Positions 35,337-50,360 are shown, counted from the stretch's first letter. The stretch: DNA of 60,862 nucleotides from an uncultured Rhodobacter sp. (GCA_964419305.1 CAYQPD010000002.1:1-60862), one strand, 5' to 3'. Numbers and translations: made by a program. The notes: generated by a model from the letters alone, not told the origin.

Positions 35337-36260
35337 ATGCAAATACATCTGCATTGGCAAGGGCTTGACCCGCAGGATCGGGGTGCCTCGATCGCCATGG
35401 GAAATTTCGACGGGGTGCATCTTGGCCACCGCGCGGTGATCGAGCTGGCGCGCGCCTATGGCCCGCTTGGCATCCTGACGTTCGAGCCCCACCCGCGCGA
35501 ATACTTTGCCCCCGACGCGCCGCCCTTCCGCCTGATGAACGCCGAGGCCCGCGCCCACCGGCTGGCAAAGCTGGGCGTGAAGCAGCTTTACCAACTGCCG
35601 TTCGACGCCACCATGGCCGCCTTTTCGCCCGAGGAATTCGCCCGCGCGGTGCTGGTTGGCGCTCTTGGGGTGCGCCATGTCGTGGTCGGCACCGATTTCT
35701 GCTTTGGCCGCGGCCGCACCGGCAAGGCCGCTGATCTGCAGGCGCTTGGCCGCAAACTGGGATTTGGCGTGACGGTGGCCGATCTGATCACCACCGGCGG
35801 GCACGAGATTTCCTCGACCGCAATCCGCGCCGCTTTGGCCGAAGGCCGCCCGCGCGACGCCAAGCTGATGCTGGGCCACTGGCACCGGATCGACGGCGAG
35901 GTGATCCACGGCGCCAAACGCGGCCGGAGCCTGGGCTATCCCACCGCCAACATGGCTGTCACCGGATTGCACCTGCCCCGGATCGGGGTCTATGCGGTCA
36001 AGGTCGATGTGCTGTCGGGGCCGCAGGCTGGCAGCTACGATGGCGCGGCCAGCCTTGGCGTGCGCCCGATGTTCGGGGTGAACCAGCCCAACCTCGAGAC
36101 CCATATTTTCGACTTCGATGGTGATCTTTACGGCCACCACCTGTCGGTCGCCTTCATCGACTACCTGCGAGCCGAGCAGAAATTCGACGGCCTGCCCGCC
36201 CTGATCGCGCAGATGAAAGCCGACTGCGACCGTGCCCAAAGCATCCTTGGCGCGGTCTGA
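35337..36260 (+). CDS. ribF: Bifunctional riboflavin kinase / FMN adenylyltransferase
   Basis: ORF track. GNFDGVHLGH, and a C-terminal kinase region with GYPTAN and E..IFDF.GDLYG. Confidence 0.9.
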   Translation: MQIHLHWQGLDPQDRGASIAMGNFDGVHLGHRAVIELARAYGPLGILTFEPHPREYFAPDAPPFRLMNAEARAHRLAKLGVKQLYQLPFDATMAAFSPEEFARAVLVGALGVRHVVVGTDFCFGRGRTGKAADLQALGRKLGFGVTVADLITTGGHEISSTAIRAALAEGRPRDAKLMLGHWHRIDGEVIHGAKRGRSLGYPTANMAVTGLHLPRIGVYAVKVDVLSGPQAGSYDGAASLGVRPMFGVNQPNLETHIFDFDGDLYGHHLSVAFIDYLRAEQKFDGLPALIAQMKADCDRAQSILGAV

Positions 36261-36264
36261 GCCG

Positions 36265-36720
36265 ATGACCGAAAAACTTCGCCCCCGGTTCTGGGAAACC
36301 ATTCCGCTCGACCGCATGACCACCGCCGAATGGGAGGCCCTGTGCGACGGCTGCGGCAAGTGCTGCCTTAACAAGATCGAGTTCGAGGATGACGGCGAAG
36401 TGGCCTTCACCCGCATCGCCTGCCGCCTGCTGGACGGTGACACCTGCCGCTGCAAGCACTATGAAACGCGGCGTCAGTTCGTGCCGGAATGTATCCAGAT
36501 TTCGCCCGCCAGCCTGCCGAACATTGCCTACTGGCTGCCGCGCACCTGCGCCTATCTGCTGCTCTACCAGGGCAAGCCGCTTTACCACTGGCACCCGCTG
36601 ATTTCGGGCGATGCCAACTCGGTGCATGATGCCGGGGTTTCGGTGCAGGGCTGGACGGTGCCGGAAACCGAGGTCGAAGAAGCAGACTGGGAAGACCACA
36701 TCATCGAGGAGAAACCGTGA
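36265..36720 (+). CDS. YcgN-family (UPF0260) cysteine-cluster protein
   Basis: ORF 36232..36720 trimmed to ATG 36265 (MTEKLRPRFWE...). CDGCGKCCLNK and CRLLD..TCRC motifs. Confidence 0.8.
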   Translation: MTEKLRPRFWETIPLDRMTTAEWEALCDGCGKCCLNKIEFEDDGEVAFTRIACRLLDGDTCRCKHYETRRQFVPECIQISPASLPNIAYWLPRTCAYLLLYQGKPLYHWHPLISGDANSVHDAGVSVQGWTVPETEVEEADWEDHIIEEKP

Positions 36721-37769
36721 TGTTCTTTGCCTCCGACAATGGCGCGCCGGTGCCGCCGCAGGTGATGGCGGCGCTGACAGCGGCCAATGCGGGCTACGCC
36801 ATGCCCTACGGGGCTGACCCGATCACCGCCGAGCTGCGCGACCGGGTCCGGCACCTGTTCGAGGCACCTCAGGCGGCGGTTCATCTGGTGGCCACCGGCA
36901 CCGCCGCCAATGCGCTGGCGCTGGCCACCATCTGCCCGCCCTGGGGCGCAGTATTCTGCCACCGCCACGCCCATATCGAGGAAGACGAATGCGGCGCGCC
37001 CGAGTTTTTCAGCGCCGGTGCCAAACTTGCGCTGGTGGATGGCGCGGATGGCAAGATGACGCCCGAGTGCCTGGCCGAAGTCTTCGCGCGCACCGGCACC
37101 GGCGGGGTGCACGGGGTGCAGCGCGGCGCGCTGTCGGTGAGCAATGTCACCGAGGCGGGCACGGTTTACACCCCCGCCGAGGTGGCGGCGCTGACCGCCC
37201 GGGCCCGCACCCACGGCCTGCCCTGCCACATGGACGGCGCGCGCCTGGCCAATGCGCTGGTGGCAACCGGGGCCAGCCCGGCGGCGCTGACCTGGCAGGC
37301 GGGCATCGACATCCTGTCGTTCGGTGGCACCAAGAACGGCCTACTCGGGGTCGAGGCGGTGGTGATCTTCGATCCCGCCCGCGGCTGGGAGTTCGAGCTG
37401 CGGCGCAAGCGTTCGGGGCACCTGGTCTCGAAACACCGCTACCTTGCGGCCCAGATCGCGGCCTACCTTGAGGATGGGCTGTGGCTGCACCTTGCCGCCG
37501 ACGCCAACGCCATGGCGGCGCGCCTGGCCGCCGGTCTTGCCGCCCTGCCCGGCGTCACCCTGACCCACCCGACGCAGGCCAACATCGTTTTCGCCGAATG
37601 GCCCGCAGGCGGGCACGATCGGCTCAGGGCGGCGGGGGCGGTCTATTACCCGGTGCCCGCCGCGCCGGGGCGCGAGGCGGCGCGGCTGGTCTGTTCGTGG
37701 TGCACCACCGCGCTCGAGGTCGATGCATTTCTGACGGCTCTGGCAGGCGGCGGCGTTCTTCGGCCGTGA
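36717..37769 (+). CDS. ltaE: Low-specificity threonine aldolase / beta-eliminating lyase family
   Basis: ORF track. The GTG at 36717 overlaps the previous stop; the ATG at 36720 is equally possible. FASDN...GTAANALAL...FGGTKNG contains the PLP lysine. Confidence 0.8.
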   Translation: MMFFASDNGAPVPPQVMAALTAANAGYAMPYGADPITAELRDRVRHLFEAPQAAVHLVATGTAANALALATICPPWGAVFCHRHAHIEEDECGAPEFFSAGAKLALVDGADGKMTPECLAEVFARTGTGGVHGVQRGALSVSNVTEAGTVYTPAEVAALTARARTHGLPCHMDGARLANALVATGASPAALTWQAGIDILSFGGTKNGLLGVEAVVIFDPARGWEFELRRKRSGHLVSKHRYLAAQIAAYLEDGLWLHLAADANAMAARLAAGLAALPGVTLTHPTQANIVFAEWPAGGHDRLRAAGAVYYPVPAAPGREAARLVCSWCTTALEVDAFLTALAGGGVLRP

Positions 37770-37773
37770 CCGG

Positions 37774-37806
37774 CCTCATCGCTGGTTGCGGGTGACAGCG
37801 ATGAGG
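37774..37806 (+). other. Stem-loop after ltaE
   Basis: CCTCATCGCT and AGCGATGAGG form a perfect 10-bp stem with a 13-nt loop, starting 5 nt after the stop. No T-tract follows. Confidence 0.35.
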
Positions 37807-37926
37807 GGCGGCCCGGCCCGAAGAGCGGCGGCCACCCCGCCCCATCAGCGGTTTTCAACCCCGGTGCAGAGTGCTAAGCCCTGCGGCATAAATCGATTCC
37901 GTCCAGAAGCCCCCAAGGATACCCAC

Positions 37927-38949
37927 ATGGCCGCCATTTCCGAGCCGAAGCTGATTTCCGGCAACGCCAACCTGCCGCTGGCCCAGTCGATCGCGCGCCG
38001 GATGTCGGTGCATCGCGGCATGTCGGTCAATCTGGTCGATGCCAGGATCGAGCGCTTCAACGATCAGGAGATTTTCGTCGAGGTCTATGAGAACGTGCGC
38101 GGCGAGGACATGTATGTGATCCAGCCCACCTCGAACCCGGCCAACGACAACCTGATGGAGCTGCTGATCATCGCCGACACCCTGCGGCGGTCCTCGGCCA
38201 ACCGCATCACCGCCGTGATCCCCTATTTCGGCTATGCCCGCCAGGATCGCCGATCAAAGGCCCGCACCCCGATCTCGGCCAAGCTGGTGGCCAACCTGAT
38301 CACCGAGGCCGGCTTTGACCGGGTGCTGACGCTCGATCTGCACGCGGCCCAAATTCAGGGCTTTTTCGACATTCCGGTGGACAACCTCTACAGCTCGCCG
38401 ATCTTCGCGCTGGATATCGCTCACCACTTCAAGGACCAGATGGCTGATCTGATGGTCGTCTCGCCCGATGTCGGCGGGGTGGCGCGCGCGCGCGAGCTGG
38501 CCAAGCGCATCAACGCGCCGCTGGCGATCGTGGACAAGCGCCGCGAGAAGCCGGGCGAGGTGGCCGAGATGATCGTGATCGGCAACGTGACGGGCAAGAA
38601 ATGCATCATCGTCGATGACATCTGCGATACTGCGGGCACCCTGTGCAAGGCGTCCGAGGTTCTGCTGGAACATGGCGCAACCGAGGTTCACAGCTACATC
38701 ACCCACGGTGTGCTGTCGGGCCCGGCGGTCGAGCGCGTGGCCAATTCGGTGATGAAAAGCCTGGTGATCACCGATTCGATTGCGCCCACCGCCGCCGTTC
38801 TGGCCGCGCCCAATATCCGCATCGTATCCACCGCCCCGATGTTCGCGCAGGCGATCCTGAACACCTGGAACGGCACCTCGGTGTCGTCGCTGTTCGAGAC
38901 CGAAACCCTGGTGCCGATCTACGAGGGCATGTATGCCACGCTCTTGTGA
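37927..38949 (+). CDS. prs: Ribose-phosphate pyrophosphokinase
   Basis: ORF 37786..38949 trimmed to ATG 37927 ([15 protein letters not shown]...). AAGGA RBS. Full-length Prs similarity. Confidence 0.95.
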   Translation: MAAISEPKLISGNANLPLAQSIARRMSVHRGMSVNLVDARIERFNDQEIFVEVYENVRGEDMYVIQPTSNPANDNLMELLIIADTLRRSSANRITAVIPYFGYARQDRRSKARTPISAKLVANLITEAGFDRVLTLDLHAAQIQGFFDIPVDNLYSSPIFALDIAHHFKDQMADLMVVSPDVGGVARARELAKRINAPLAIVDKRREKPGEVAEMIVIGNVTGKKCIIVDDICDTAGTLCKASEVLLEHGATEVHSYITHGVLSGPAVERVANSVMKSLVITDSIAPTAAVLAAPNIRIVSTAPMFAQAILNTWNGTSVSSLFETETLVPIYEGMYATLL

Positions 38950-38964
38950 CGGCACCGCACCGGC

Positions 38965-39321
38965 TCAGTAAAGCTGCCAGCCCTCGTCGTCCTCGGGTTC
39001 GAGCGGGCCAATCGCGGTCCAGTCGGCACGGATGCGGGCGACACGGGTATCGCCCCAGGTCTTGAACACCAGATCGAACCCGGTGGTGGTCACGTTCTCG
39101 GACGAAATGTCGGCGCGCGCATTGGTCTGCTGATCGAGATCCCACATCGAGATGGCAACCAGCACCGTCGGGGGCGCAAGAAAAGCCTGCTCGAAGACCA
39201 CGCCATGGCGACGTTCGCGCGGACCGTGGCCGGTCCACATCACGCCGCCATCGGCGAAATCGGAAAACAGCACCCGACTGCCCTGTGCGATTCCGATGCT
39301 GCCACTGGTGATCCGTTTCAC
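38965..39321 (-). CDS. Small H-type lectin domain-like protein
   Basis: ORF 38965..39414 trimmed to GTG 39321, which has a GAGGGA RBS 6 nt upstream; the longer form would include the atpC terminator. The pattern ...FEQAFLAPPTVLVAISMWD...NVTTTGFDLVFKTWGDTRVARIRADWTAIG resembles H-type lectin domains. Recalled from memory, not searched. Confidence 0.55.
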   Translation of the reverse strand: MKRITSGSIGIAQGSRVLFSDFADGGVMWTGHGPRERRHGVVFEQAFLAPPTVLVAISMWDLDQQTNARADISSENVTTTGFDLVFKTWGDTRVARIRADWTAIGPLEPEDDEGWQLY

Positions 39322-39383
39322 GCCCGTTCCCTCAAGCTGACGCAAGAATACCTGCCAAACACGGCAATAATTCGGCCAGATAG

Positions 39384-39410
39384 CAAAAAGGCCCCGAACC
39401 ATCGGGGCCT
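39384..39410 (-). terminator. Intrinsic terminator after atpC
   Basis: Minus strand reads AGGCCCCGA-UGGU-UCGGGGCCU followed by UUUUUGC, 23 nt after the atpC stop. Confidence 0.8.
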
Positions 39411-39432
39411 TCACGACACAATCCTAGCAAAT

Positions 39433-39828
39433 TCAGTGCCCGGTTGCCACACGCAGAGCGAGAAAATCGCTGACCAGCTTGTCGGCGGCGTCGCGCCGCG
39501 CGCCCACCGCCCTGGCGGCGCTGTCGCGCGCCGCGGCCAGCAGGGTGTCAAGCTCGGCGCTGGTGATATCCTCAAGCCTGATCGCACGTTCGGCCAGCAC
39601 CGAGACGCTGGCGGCGGTGATCTCGGCAAAACCCTCGGTCACGACATAGGCACTGGCCCCGGTCGGCCCGTTGGCGCGCAGGATGCCCGGCCGCAGGGTG
39701 GTGATGGTGGGGGCGTGCCCCTCCATCGCCGTCAGGTCGCCCTCGGCCCCGGGGATCTGCACCTCGGTGGCCTGAACCGAGGCCAGCCTCTGCTCGGGCG
39801 ATACCAGATCGAATTGCAGCGTGGCCAT
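39433..39828 (-). CDS. atpC: F1 ATP synthase epsilon subunit
   Basis: ORF track. Last position in the atpHAGDC order. AtpC-like sequence. Confidence 0.9.
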   Translation of the reverse strand: MATLQFDLVSPEQRLASVQATEVQIPGAEGDLTAMEGHAPTITTLRPGILRANGPTGASAYVVTEGFAEITAASVSVLAERAIRLEDITSAELDTLLAAARDSAARAVGARRDAADKLVSDFLALRVATGH

Positions 39829-39838
39829 CGCTTCCCCC

Positions 39839-42162
<2,324 letters not shown>

Positions 42163-42185
42163 CTACCTGGTTCCCTCCCCCGCCG

Positions 42186-43724
<1,539 letters not shown>

Positions 43725-44285
43725 TTATCCGACCTCTTTCATTGAATTCTGGAGCGCGGCAAGCTTTGCCTTGATCGAGGTGTCGATCATGATCGAGCCC
43801 AGCTTGACAACAAGGCCACCGATCAGCGAGCCATCGACGGCGGTTTTCAGTTTCACATCCTTGCCGAAACGCGCTTTCAGCGTGGCGGCCAGTTGCTTTG
43901 ACTGGGCGGCAGTCAGCTTCGTGGCCGCCGTCACTTCGGCAGTCATTTCGCCTTTTTCCTCGGCAATCCGCGCCCGCACATCGGCAATCATCTGCGGCAG
44001 CACGAACAGGCGGCGTTTTTGCGCCATCAGCGCCAGGGTATTGCTGGCAATCAGCGAAAGCCCCATCGCTTTGGCCACCGCGACAATCGCGCGCTGCTGA
44101 TCGGCGCGCGACAACAGCGGTGATGCCACCACCCCGCGCAGATCGGCACTGGCGGCCAAAGCCGCCTCAAGCGCGTCAATGTCCGCTGCAAGCGCGGTCA
44201 GCGCGCCCGCTTCCCGGGCCAGATCGAAAATGGCGGTGGCATAACGCGCGGCAATGCCGGATGAGATCGAAGCTGGTTCCGACAC
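43725..44285 (-). CDS. atpH: F1 ATP synthase delta (OSCP) subunit
   Basis: ORF 43725..44372 trimmed to GTG 44285 ([23 protein letters not shown]...), which has a GGAAGGG RBS 5 nt upstream. 186 aa. The stop abuts the atpA start. Confidence 0.85.
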   Translation of the reverse strand: MSEPASISSGIAARYATAIFDLAREAGALTALAADIDALEAALAASADLRGVVASPLLSRADQQRAIVAVAKAMGLSLIASNTLALMAQKRRLFVLPQMIADVRARIAEEKGEMTAEVTAATKLTAAQSKQLAATLKARFGKDVKLKTAVDGSLIGGLVVKLGSIMIDTSIKAKLAALQNSMKEVG

Positions 44286-44526
44286 GTCAACCCTTCCGAT
44301 GTCATGGACCCGTTCCCGCACAGTGGCGCACCGGTCCGAGAAACAATCTTGCGCATACCGGCGCGCGTGCACCCCGATTGAGCGGCGGTGTAGCAGAGGC
44401 GTTTTCGCGCTGCAACCTCGAACCTTTCCAAAAACACCCCCCTGCGGGGCCCAAATTCTGCGACGTTTTGACCGTTTGCGCTAGAATCCGGCCCCTTGTG
44501 CGGGTTGCCCCCTGATCGGCGCGCCG

Positions 44527-45831
44527 TTAGCGGCCAACCCCGACATAGGTCTCGAATCCCGCCGCCAGCACCTCGGCCTCGGCATAAATGTTGCGCAGAT
44601 CGGCCATCCGCGGCACCGCCATCTTGCGCCCCAGCTTGGCCAGATCAAGGGCGCGGAATTCATTCCACTCAGTCAGAATCACCACCAGATCGGCCCCCTG
44701 CACCGCCTGATAGGGGTTCTCGACCCATTTCGCCCCCGGCAGCAGCGCCTCGCCCTCGCGCCGCCCCTCGGGGTCCACCAGCCGCACCCGCGCCCCCGCC
44801 CCCACCAGCGCGGGCACGATGGTCAGGCTGGGCGCCTCGCGCATGTCGTCGGTGTTGGGCTTGAACGTCACCCCGAGCACCGCGATGATCTTGCCGCTGA
44901 CCGCGCCATCGCAAAGATCAACAATCTTGTCGATCATCCGGCGCTTGATTTCGTCGTTGACCTTGATCACCGTCTCGGTGATCTGCATCGGCACCGCATG
45001 TTCCTGCCCCATCCGCGCCAGCGCCTTGGTATCTTTCGGAAAACATGATCCGCCATAGCCCGGCCCGGCATGCAGGAACTTGTTGCCGATGCGGCCATCC
45101 AGCCCCATGCCTTTCGCCACCGCCTTGATGTCGGCCCCGACCCGCTCACACAAGGAGGCGATCTCGTTGATGAAGGTGATCTTGGTGGCAAGAAAGGCAT
45201 TGGCCGCGTATTTGATCATCTCGGCCGATTCAAGCCCGGTGAACACCACCGGAAACTCGCGCAGGAACAGCGGGCGATAGATCTCCGCCATCACCTTCTG
45301 CGCGCGCTCGGATTCTACCCCCACCACGACCCGGTCAGGGCGCATGAAGTCATCAATCGCCGCCCCCTCGCGCAGAAACTCGGGATTCGAGGCGACATCG
45401 AACTCGGCACCCGGATGCGCCGCCGCCACCACCTCGGCCACCCGGCGGTTGGTGCCGACCGGCACCGTCGATTTGGTCACCACCACGCCGTAGCCGGTCA
45501 GCGCGCGCCCGATCTCGTCCGCCGCCGCCATCACATAGCTCAGATCGGCATGGCCATCGCCGCGCCGGGTGGGGGTGCCGACCGCGATGAACACCGCATC
45601 CGCCCCCGCCACCGCTGCGGCCAGATCAACGCTGAACGCCAGCCGCCCCGAGGCGACGTTCCTGGCCAGCAGATCCTCCAGCCCCGGTTCGAAAATCGGC
45701 ACCTCGCCCGCCTGCAAGCGCGCGATCTTGGCCGCGTCCTTGTCAACGCAAACCACATCATGCCCGAAATCCGAAAAACACACCCCCGACACCAACCCGA
45801 CATAGCCGGTTCCGATCATCGCAATCTTCAT
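44527..45831 (-). CDS. ugd: UDP-glucose 6-dehydrogenase
   Basis: ORF track. MKIAMIGTGYVGLVSG Rossmann start and the catalytic region GGSCFPKD. Confidence 0.92.
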   Translation of the reverse strand: MKIAMIGTGYVGLVSGVCFSDFGHDVVCVDKDAAKIARLQAGEVPIFEPGLEDLLARNVASGRLAFSVDLAAAVAGADAVFIAVGTPTRRGDGHADLSYVMAAADEIGRALTGYGVVVTKSTVPVGTNRRVAEVVAAAHPGAEFDVASNPEFLREGAAIDDFMRPDRVVVGVESERAQKVMAEIYRPLFLREFPVVFTGLESAEMIKYAANAFLATKITFINEIASLCERVGADIKAVAKGMGLDGRIGNKFLHAGPGYGGSCFPKDTKALARMGQEHAVPMQITETVIKVNDEIKRRMIDKIVDLCDGAVSGKIIAVLGVTFKPNTDDMREAPSLTIVPALVGAGARVRLVDPEGRREGEALLPGAKWVENPYQAVQGADLVVILTEWNEFRALDLAKLGRKMAVPRMADLRNIYAEAEVLAAGFETYVGVGR

Positions 45832-45885
45832 CTGCCCCTACCCGAAAACGCCTCGCTTCCGCATAGCGCAGGCGCGCAGCCTCGG

Positions 45886-46815
45886 CTAGCCCCTGGTCGC
45901 CGCGACCGCCGGGGTCACCAGCCGCCGCTTCACCATCGCCTCGCGCCAGGTGATGTAGCTGATCGCGGCGATGATGGTGCCGCCACCGACCAGCACGAAA
46001 GGGTCCACCCCCTCGCCGAACACCAGCGCTCCCAAAAGCGTCGCCCACACCAGTTGCAGAAACGTCACCGGCTGCGTCACCGCCAGTGGTGCCGCCCCGA
46101 ACGCCCGTGTCATGCAGTAATGCCCCAGGGTGGCAAACCCCGCCACCAGCGCCAGCCACCCCAGTTGCACCATGGATACCGGCACCCAGACCCACAGCGC
46201 GAACGGGGCCAGCCCCAGCGTGACCGAGACCGACATCATCGCCACCACCCGCGTGGCACTTTCCGATCTGCTCAGCCGCTTCGCGAACAGATACGATCCG
46301 GCAAAGAAGAACGCCGCCGCCAGTTGCGCGAAATGGCCCGAGGTCACCTCGCGCAGCCCCGGCCGCAGCACGATCAGCGCGCCCACCACCGCGACCCCGA
46401 TCGCCACCAGCCGCCGCAGCGCCAGCACCTCGCCAAAGAACAGCGCCGCCCCCAGCGTCACCAGCACCGGGTTGAGATACCCGATCGCCGTCACCTCGGC
46501 CACCGGGATGCGCGCCATGGCATAGAACCAGCAGATCACCGCCGCAGTATGCGCCGCCCCGCGCCAGCCAAACAGCGCCAGCGCGCCCGGCGCAAACCCG
46601 TCGCGCCAGATCGCCCGCAATGCGGGCAGCAGAAACACCACGCCAAAGCCGAACCTGATGAAAGCTGCTTCGGCGGCCGGCAAGGCGGTGCCGAGATAGC
46701 GCACGATCCCGGTCACCGCGACAAAACTCAGCCCCGACGCCAGCATCCAGGCCATCCCCGCCACAGGATGCCCCAGATCGACCGGCCTGGCAGACGGATC
46801 ACTCATCCTGCTCAC
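45886..46815 (-). CDS. DMT superfamily (EamA-like) transporter
   Basis: ORF track. About 10 TM segments and a two-EamA-repeat organisation. Confidence 0.8.
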   Translation of the reverse strand: MSRMSDPSARPVDLGHPVAGMAWMLASGLSFVAVTGIVRYLGTALPAAEAAFIRFGFGVVFLLPALRAIWRDGFAPGALALFGWRGAAHTAAVICWFYAMARIPVAEVTAIGYLNPVLVTLGAALFFGEVLALRRLVAIGVAVVGALIVLRPGLREVTSGHFAQLAAAFFFAGSYLFAKRLSRSESATRVVAMMSVSVTLGLAPFALWVWVPVSMVQLGWLALVAGFATLGHYCMTRAFGAAPLAVTQPVTFLQLVWATLLGALVFGEGVDPFVLVGGGTIIAAISYITWREAMVKRRLVTPAVAATRG

Positions 46816-46886
46816 TGATCCGATCCACCGCCGATTGACAAGCCCACCCGCCTTCTTCTTTGCTCAAATACTCGCCTGGCAGCGCC

Positions 46887-47534
46887 TCAGCCCAGCATCA
46901 GCCCGGCGGCGATCGCCCACATGGTGCAGCCCACCACCACCTCCAGCACCACCCAGGCCCCCGGTCGCGCGAACAGCGGGGCCAGCAGCCGCGCGCCAAA
47001 CCCCAGTGCGGCAAAGAAACTGAACGACCCCGCCGCTGCCCCGATCCCGAACCACAGCCCGTGCGGCGCGTATTGCGCGGCAATCGAGCCCAGCAGCACC
47101 AGCGTGTCGAGATAGACATGCGGGTTGGCCCAGGTCAGCACCAGACAGGTCGCCAGCACCCGCCCCAGCGGCACCGCGCCCCCCGCCCCCGCCACCAGCG
47201 CCTCACCACCCCGCCAGGCAGCCTGAAACCGCAGTGCCCCGTAAACCGCCAGAAACCCCGCGCCGCCCCAACGCATCGCCTGACCCAGCCACGGCACCAG
47301 CGCCGACACCGCGCCGAAGCCTGCGACCCCCATTGCGATCAGCACCGCGTCCGACCCGGCACAGACCAGCACCACCGCCAGCACATGCTCGCGCCGCAAG
47401 CCCTGGCGCAGCACAAAGGCATTCTGCGCCCCGATCGCCGCAATCAACGACAGCGACACCAGATAACCCGAAATCAGCGCCTGCCCCATGTGCCACCCCT
47501 GCAACTGTGCGTGCCATGCCAAACTCCACAGCAT
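46887..47534 (-). CDS. LysE/ArgO family amino acid exporter
   Basis: ORF track; an alternative start at ATG 47489 (MGQALISGY) is possible. IGAQNAFVLRQG motif. Confidence 0.8.
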   Translation of the reverse strand: MLWSLAWHAQLQGWHMGQALISGYLVSLSLIAAIGAQNAFVLRQGLRREHVLAVVLVCAGSDAVLIAMGVAGFGAVSALVPWLGQAMRWGGAGFLAVYGALRFQAAWRGGEALVAGAGGAVPLGRVLATCLVLTWANPHVYLDTLVLLGSIAAQYAPHGLWFGIGAAAGSFSFFAALGFGARLLAPLFARPGAWVVLEVVVGCTMWAIAAGLMLG

Positions 47535-47669
47535 CCTTCCAGTTGATCTTTCGGGGCTGGATGAAGAATCGCCTTGGCCCCGGTGATCACCCGCGACCGC
47601 GCGCCCCCATTGGCACCGCGACCAGCGATGACCGACCGCCAGGAAGGGAAGAGCGCCCCGGTGCCCGGA

Positions 47670-48416
47670 TCAGGCCTCGATCAGCGCCGCGACATCCTCG
47701 GGAATGTCGAAATTGCCGGTGACATCCTGCACGTCGTCGTCGTCTTCCAGCAACTCGACCAGCTTCAACACCTTGGTCGCGGTCTCAAGGTCAAGCACGG
47801 TCGGGGCCTGCGGTTTCCAGATCAGCTTGGACTCGGTCGATTCGCCCAGCGCCTTTTCCAGCGCGTCCGAAACCGCGTTCAGCGCCTCGACCGCGCAATA
47901 GATCCAGTGGCCGTCCTCGTCGGATTCGACATCATCCGCCCCGGCATCCAGCGCCGCCATCATCACGTCATCGGCCGATCCGGCGCTGACGGGATACGAG
48001 ATCTCGCCGACCCGGTCGAACGAATGCGCCACCGAGCCGGTGGTGCCCAGATTGCCGCCCGACTTGGTGAAATAGCTGCGCACATTGCTGGCGGTGCGGT
48101 TCAGGTTGTCGGTCAGCGCCTCGACGATGATCGCGATGCCGTTCGGGGCATAACCCTCGTAGCGGATCTCGGTGTAATCGGCGGCGTCGCCCAGTTGCGA
48201 CTTCTTGATCGCGCGGTCGATCACGTCCTTGGGCATCGACACCGACTTTGCCGCCTTCACCGCCAGCCGCAAGCGCGGGTTCTTGTCGGGATCAGGCTCG
48301 CCCATCTTGGCGGCCACGGTGATTTCCTTGGACAGCTTGGAAAACATCTTGGCACGAATCTTGTCCTGCTTGCCCTTGCGGTGCTGGATGTTCGCCCATT
48401 TCGAATGGCCCGACAT
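47670..48416 (-). CDS. YebC/PmpR family DNA-binding transcriptional regulator
   Basis: ORF track. [18 protein letters not shown]... is diagnostic of the family. Confidence 0.92.
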   Translation of the reverse strand: MSGHSKWANIQHRKGKQDKIRAKMFSKLSKEITVAAKMGEPDPDKNPRLRLAVKAAKSVSMPKDVIDRAIKKSQLGDAADYTEIRYEGYAPNGIAIIVEALTDNLNRTASNVRSYFTKSGGNLGTTGSVAHSFDRVGEISYPVSAGSADDVMMAALDAGADDVESDEDGHWIYCAVEALNAVSDALEKALGESTESKLIWKPQAPTVLDLETATKVLKLVELLEDDDDVQDVTGNFDIPEDVAALIEA

Positions 48417-48489
48417 GACCCTCTCCGATCCTCAGATTGCGGTTTCATGCGCATATACGCCGCCCGCCGGGTAAATCGCAACCCCGACC

Positions 48490-50271
48490 TCAGAACGGAA
48501 AGAAAAGCGGGATCAGGGTGCTCATCACCAGCATCATCAGAATGTTCATCGGCACCCCGATGCGCAGGAAATCGCTGAAGCGATAGCCGCCCGGGCCGTA
48601 AACCAGGGTGTTGGTCTGATAGCCGATCGGGGTGGCAAAACTGGCCGAGGCCCCGAACATCACCGCCACCACGAAGGGCCGCGGATCAACCCCAAGCGCC
48701 GCCGCCAGCCCGATTGCAATCGGTGTAAGGATCACCGCCACCGCGTTGTTGCTGACCATTTCGGTCAGCAGCGATGTCAGGGCATAAACCACAAAGATCG
48801 TGGCAAACGGTGGCAGGCCCTGCATCAGCGGGGCCACCCGATCGACCAGCAGTTGCACCGCGCCCGAATGGTCCAGCCCCGCCCCGACCGCCAGCATGGC
48901 GAAGATCATCGCCAGCAAACGGCCATCGATAAACTCGAAAGCCTCGTCGGCGTCGATGCAGCCGGTCACCAGCACCACGGCCACCCCGATCATCGCCAGA
49001 ATCAGGATCGGGGCCACGTTCAGCGCCGCCAGACCCACCACCGCCGCCAGCGCCGCAATCACGATCGGGGCATGGCGGCGGCGATAGGCGCGCTCGGACG
49101 GGGTCGAGATATCGACCAGTTCCATGTCGGCGGCGAGGCGCTGGATATCGTCCGCCGCCCCTTCCAGCAGCAGGGTGTCGCCGACCTGCACCACCAGATC
49201 GTCAAGCTGCCGCCCGATGTTCTGGTTGCGCCGGTGCGCGGCCAGCGGATAGACGCCATAACGCCTGCGCAGCCGCATCGAGCCCAGCGTCTGGCCCACC
49301 ATCCGGCAACCCGGCGTGATCAGCACCTCGACCGTGGTGGTCTGCACCGAGCTGAGCTTGTCCACCAGCCGCAGTTCCTTGCTGGCTTGCAGCCCCAGCA
49401 CCTCGGACATCGGGGTGCGCAGCACCACCCGGTCGCCCGCTTCCAGCACGACCTCGGCCAGATTTCGCCGCAAGCTGGCATCCCCGCGCAGCACATCGAC
49501 CACCCGCAGATTGTCGCGCTTGAAAAGCTGCACCGCCTCGACCTTGCAGCCGATCAGGCCGCTGCCATCGGGCACCGCCACTTCGGTGAAGAACTTCATC
49601 GGCGAGCGCCCGGCCAGCAGCAGGCTCATGCTGGCGCGATCCGGCAGCAGCCGGGGTGCCGCCACCGCCAGATAGGTCAGTGTCACCACCGCCATGCACA
49701 GCCCCAGCGGGGTGATCTCGAAGATCGTGAACGGGGCCAGCCCGTGCTCGGTCGCGACGCCATCGACCAGAATGTTGGTCGAGGTGCCGATCAGCGTGAT
49801 CGTGCCCCCGACAATCGAAAGATAGCTGAGCGGAATCATCAGCTTGGACGGAGAAAGCTGCATCTCCCTGGCCAGTTGCATGAAGATCGGAATCATCACC
49901 ACCACGATCGGGGTGTTGTTCATGAAGGCCGACATCGCGATGATCGTCACCGCCAGCCAGGCCAGCGTCGCCTTGGGTCGCGCCTTGGCGTGGCGCACCG
50001 CGAACTGCGTCACCCAGTCCAGCGCGCCGGTGCGCACCAGCCCGCCCACGATGATGAACATCGCCGCAATCGTCCACGGTGCCGGGTTCGACAGCGCGCT
50101 GACCGCATCCGCCTGCGGCAGAATGCCCAGCACCAGCATCAGCGCGGCCCCGGCAATCGCCGTGACCTCGACCGGAAAGACCTCACGCACGAACAGCACC
50201 AGCATCCCCAGCACGATGGCAATGGCAAGCCAGGCCGAAACGGTGGGGTCCAGATCAATTCCGAGCATCAT
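48490..50271 (-). CDS. SLC13/DASS family permease with central TrkA-C (RCK_C) domains
   Basis: ORF track, 593 aa. TM blocks flank two soluble RCK_C-like segments. Confidence 0.8.
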   Translation of the reverse strand: MMLGIDLDPTVSAWLAIAIVLGMLVLFVREVFPVEVTAIAGAALMLVLGILPQADAVSALSNPAPWTIAAMFIIVGGLVRTGALDWVTQFAVRHAKARPKATLAWLAVTIIAMSAFMNNTPIVVVMIPIFMQLAREMQLSPSKLMIPLSYLSIVGGTITLIGTSTNILVDGVATEHGLAPFTIFEITPLGLCMAVVTLTYLAVAAPRLLPDRASMSLLLAGRSPMKFFTEVAVPDGSGLIGCKVEAVQLFKRDNLRVVDVLRGDASLRRNLAEVVLEAGDRVVLRTPMSEVLGLQASKELRLVDKLSSVQTTTVEVLITPGCRMVGQTLGSMRLRRRYGVYPLAAHRRNQNIGRQLDDLVVQVGDTLLLEGAADDIQRLAADMELVDISTPSERAYRRRHAPIVIAALAAVVGLAALNVAPILILAMIGVAVVLVTGCIDADEAFEFIDGRLLAMIFAMLAVGAGLDHSGAVQLLVDRVAPLMQGLPPFATIFVVYALTSLLTEMVSNNAVAVILTPIAIGLAAALGVDPRPFVVAVMFGASASFATPIGYQTNTLVYGPGGYRFSDFLRIGVPMNILMMLVMSTLIPLFFPF

Positions 50272-50360
50272 CTCTCCAGCTCACGCAGGATATGGCGGCA
50301 GAACCTGCCTCGGGGTCAAGCGGGTTGTTGTCTGGCCGCAAGATGCGCAGTGCCATCCGC

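Noticed and set aside
44437-44450. A possible intrinsic terminator after ugd (CCCC-gca-GGGG followed by a U-run on the minus strand).
   Set aside because: The stem is only about 4 bp, which is too weak to list as a feature.
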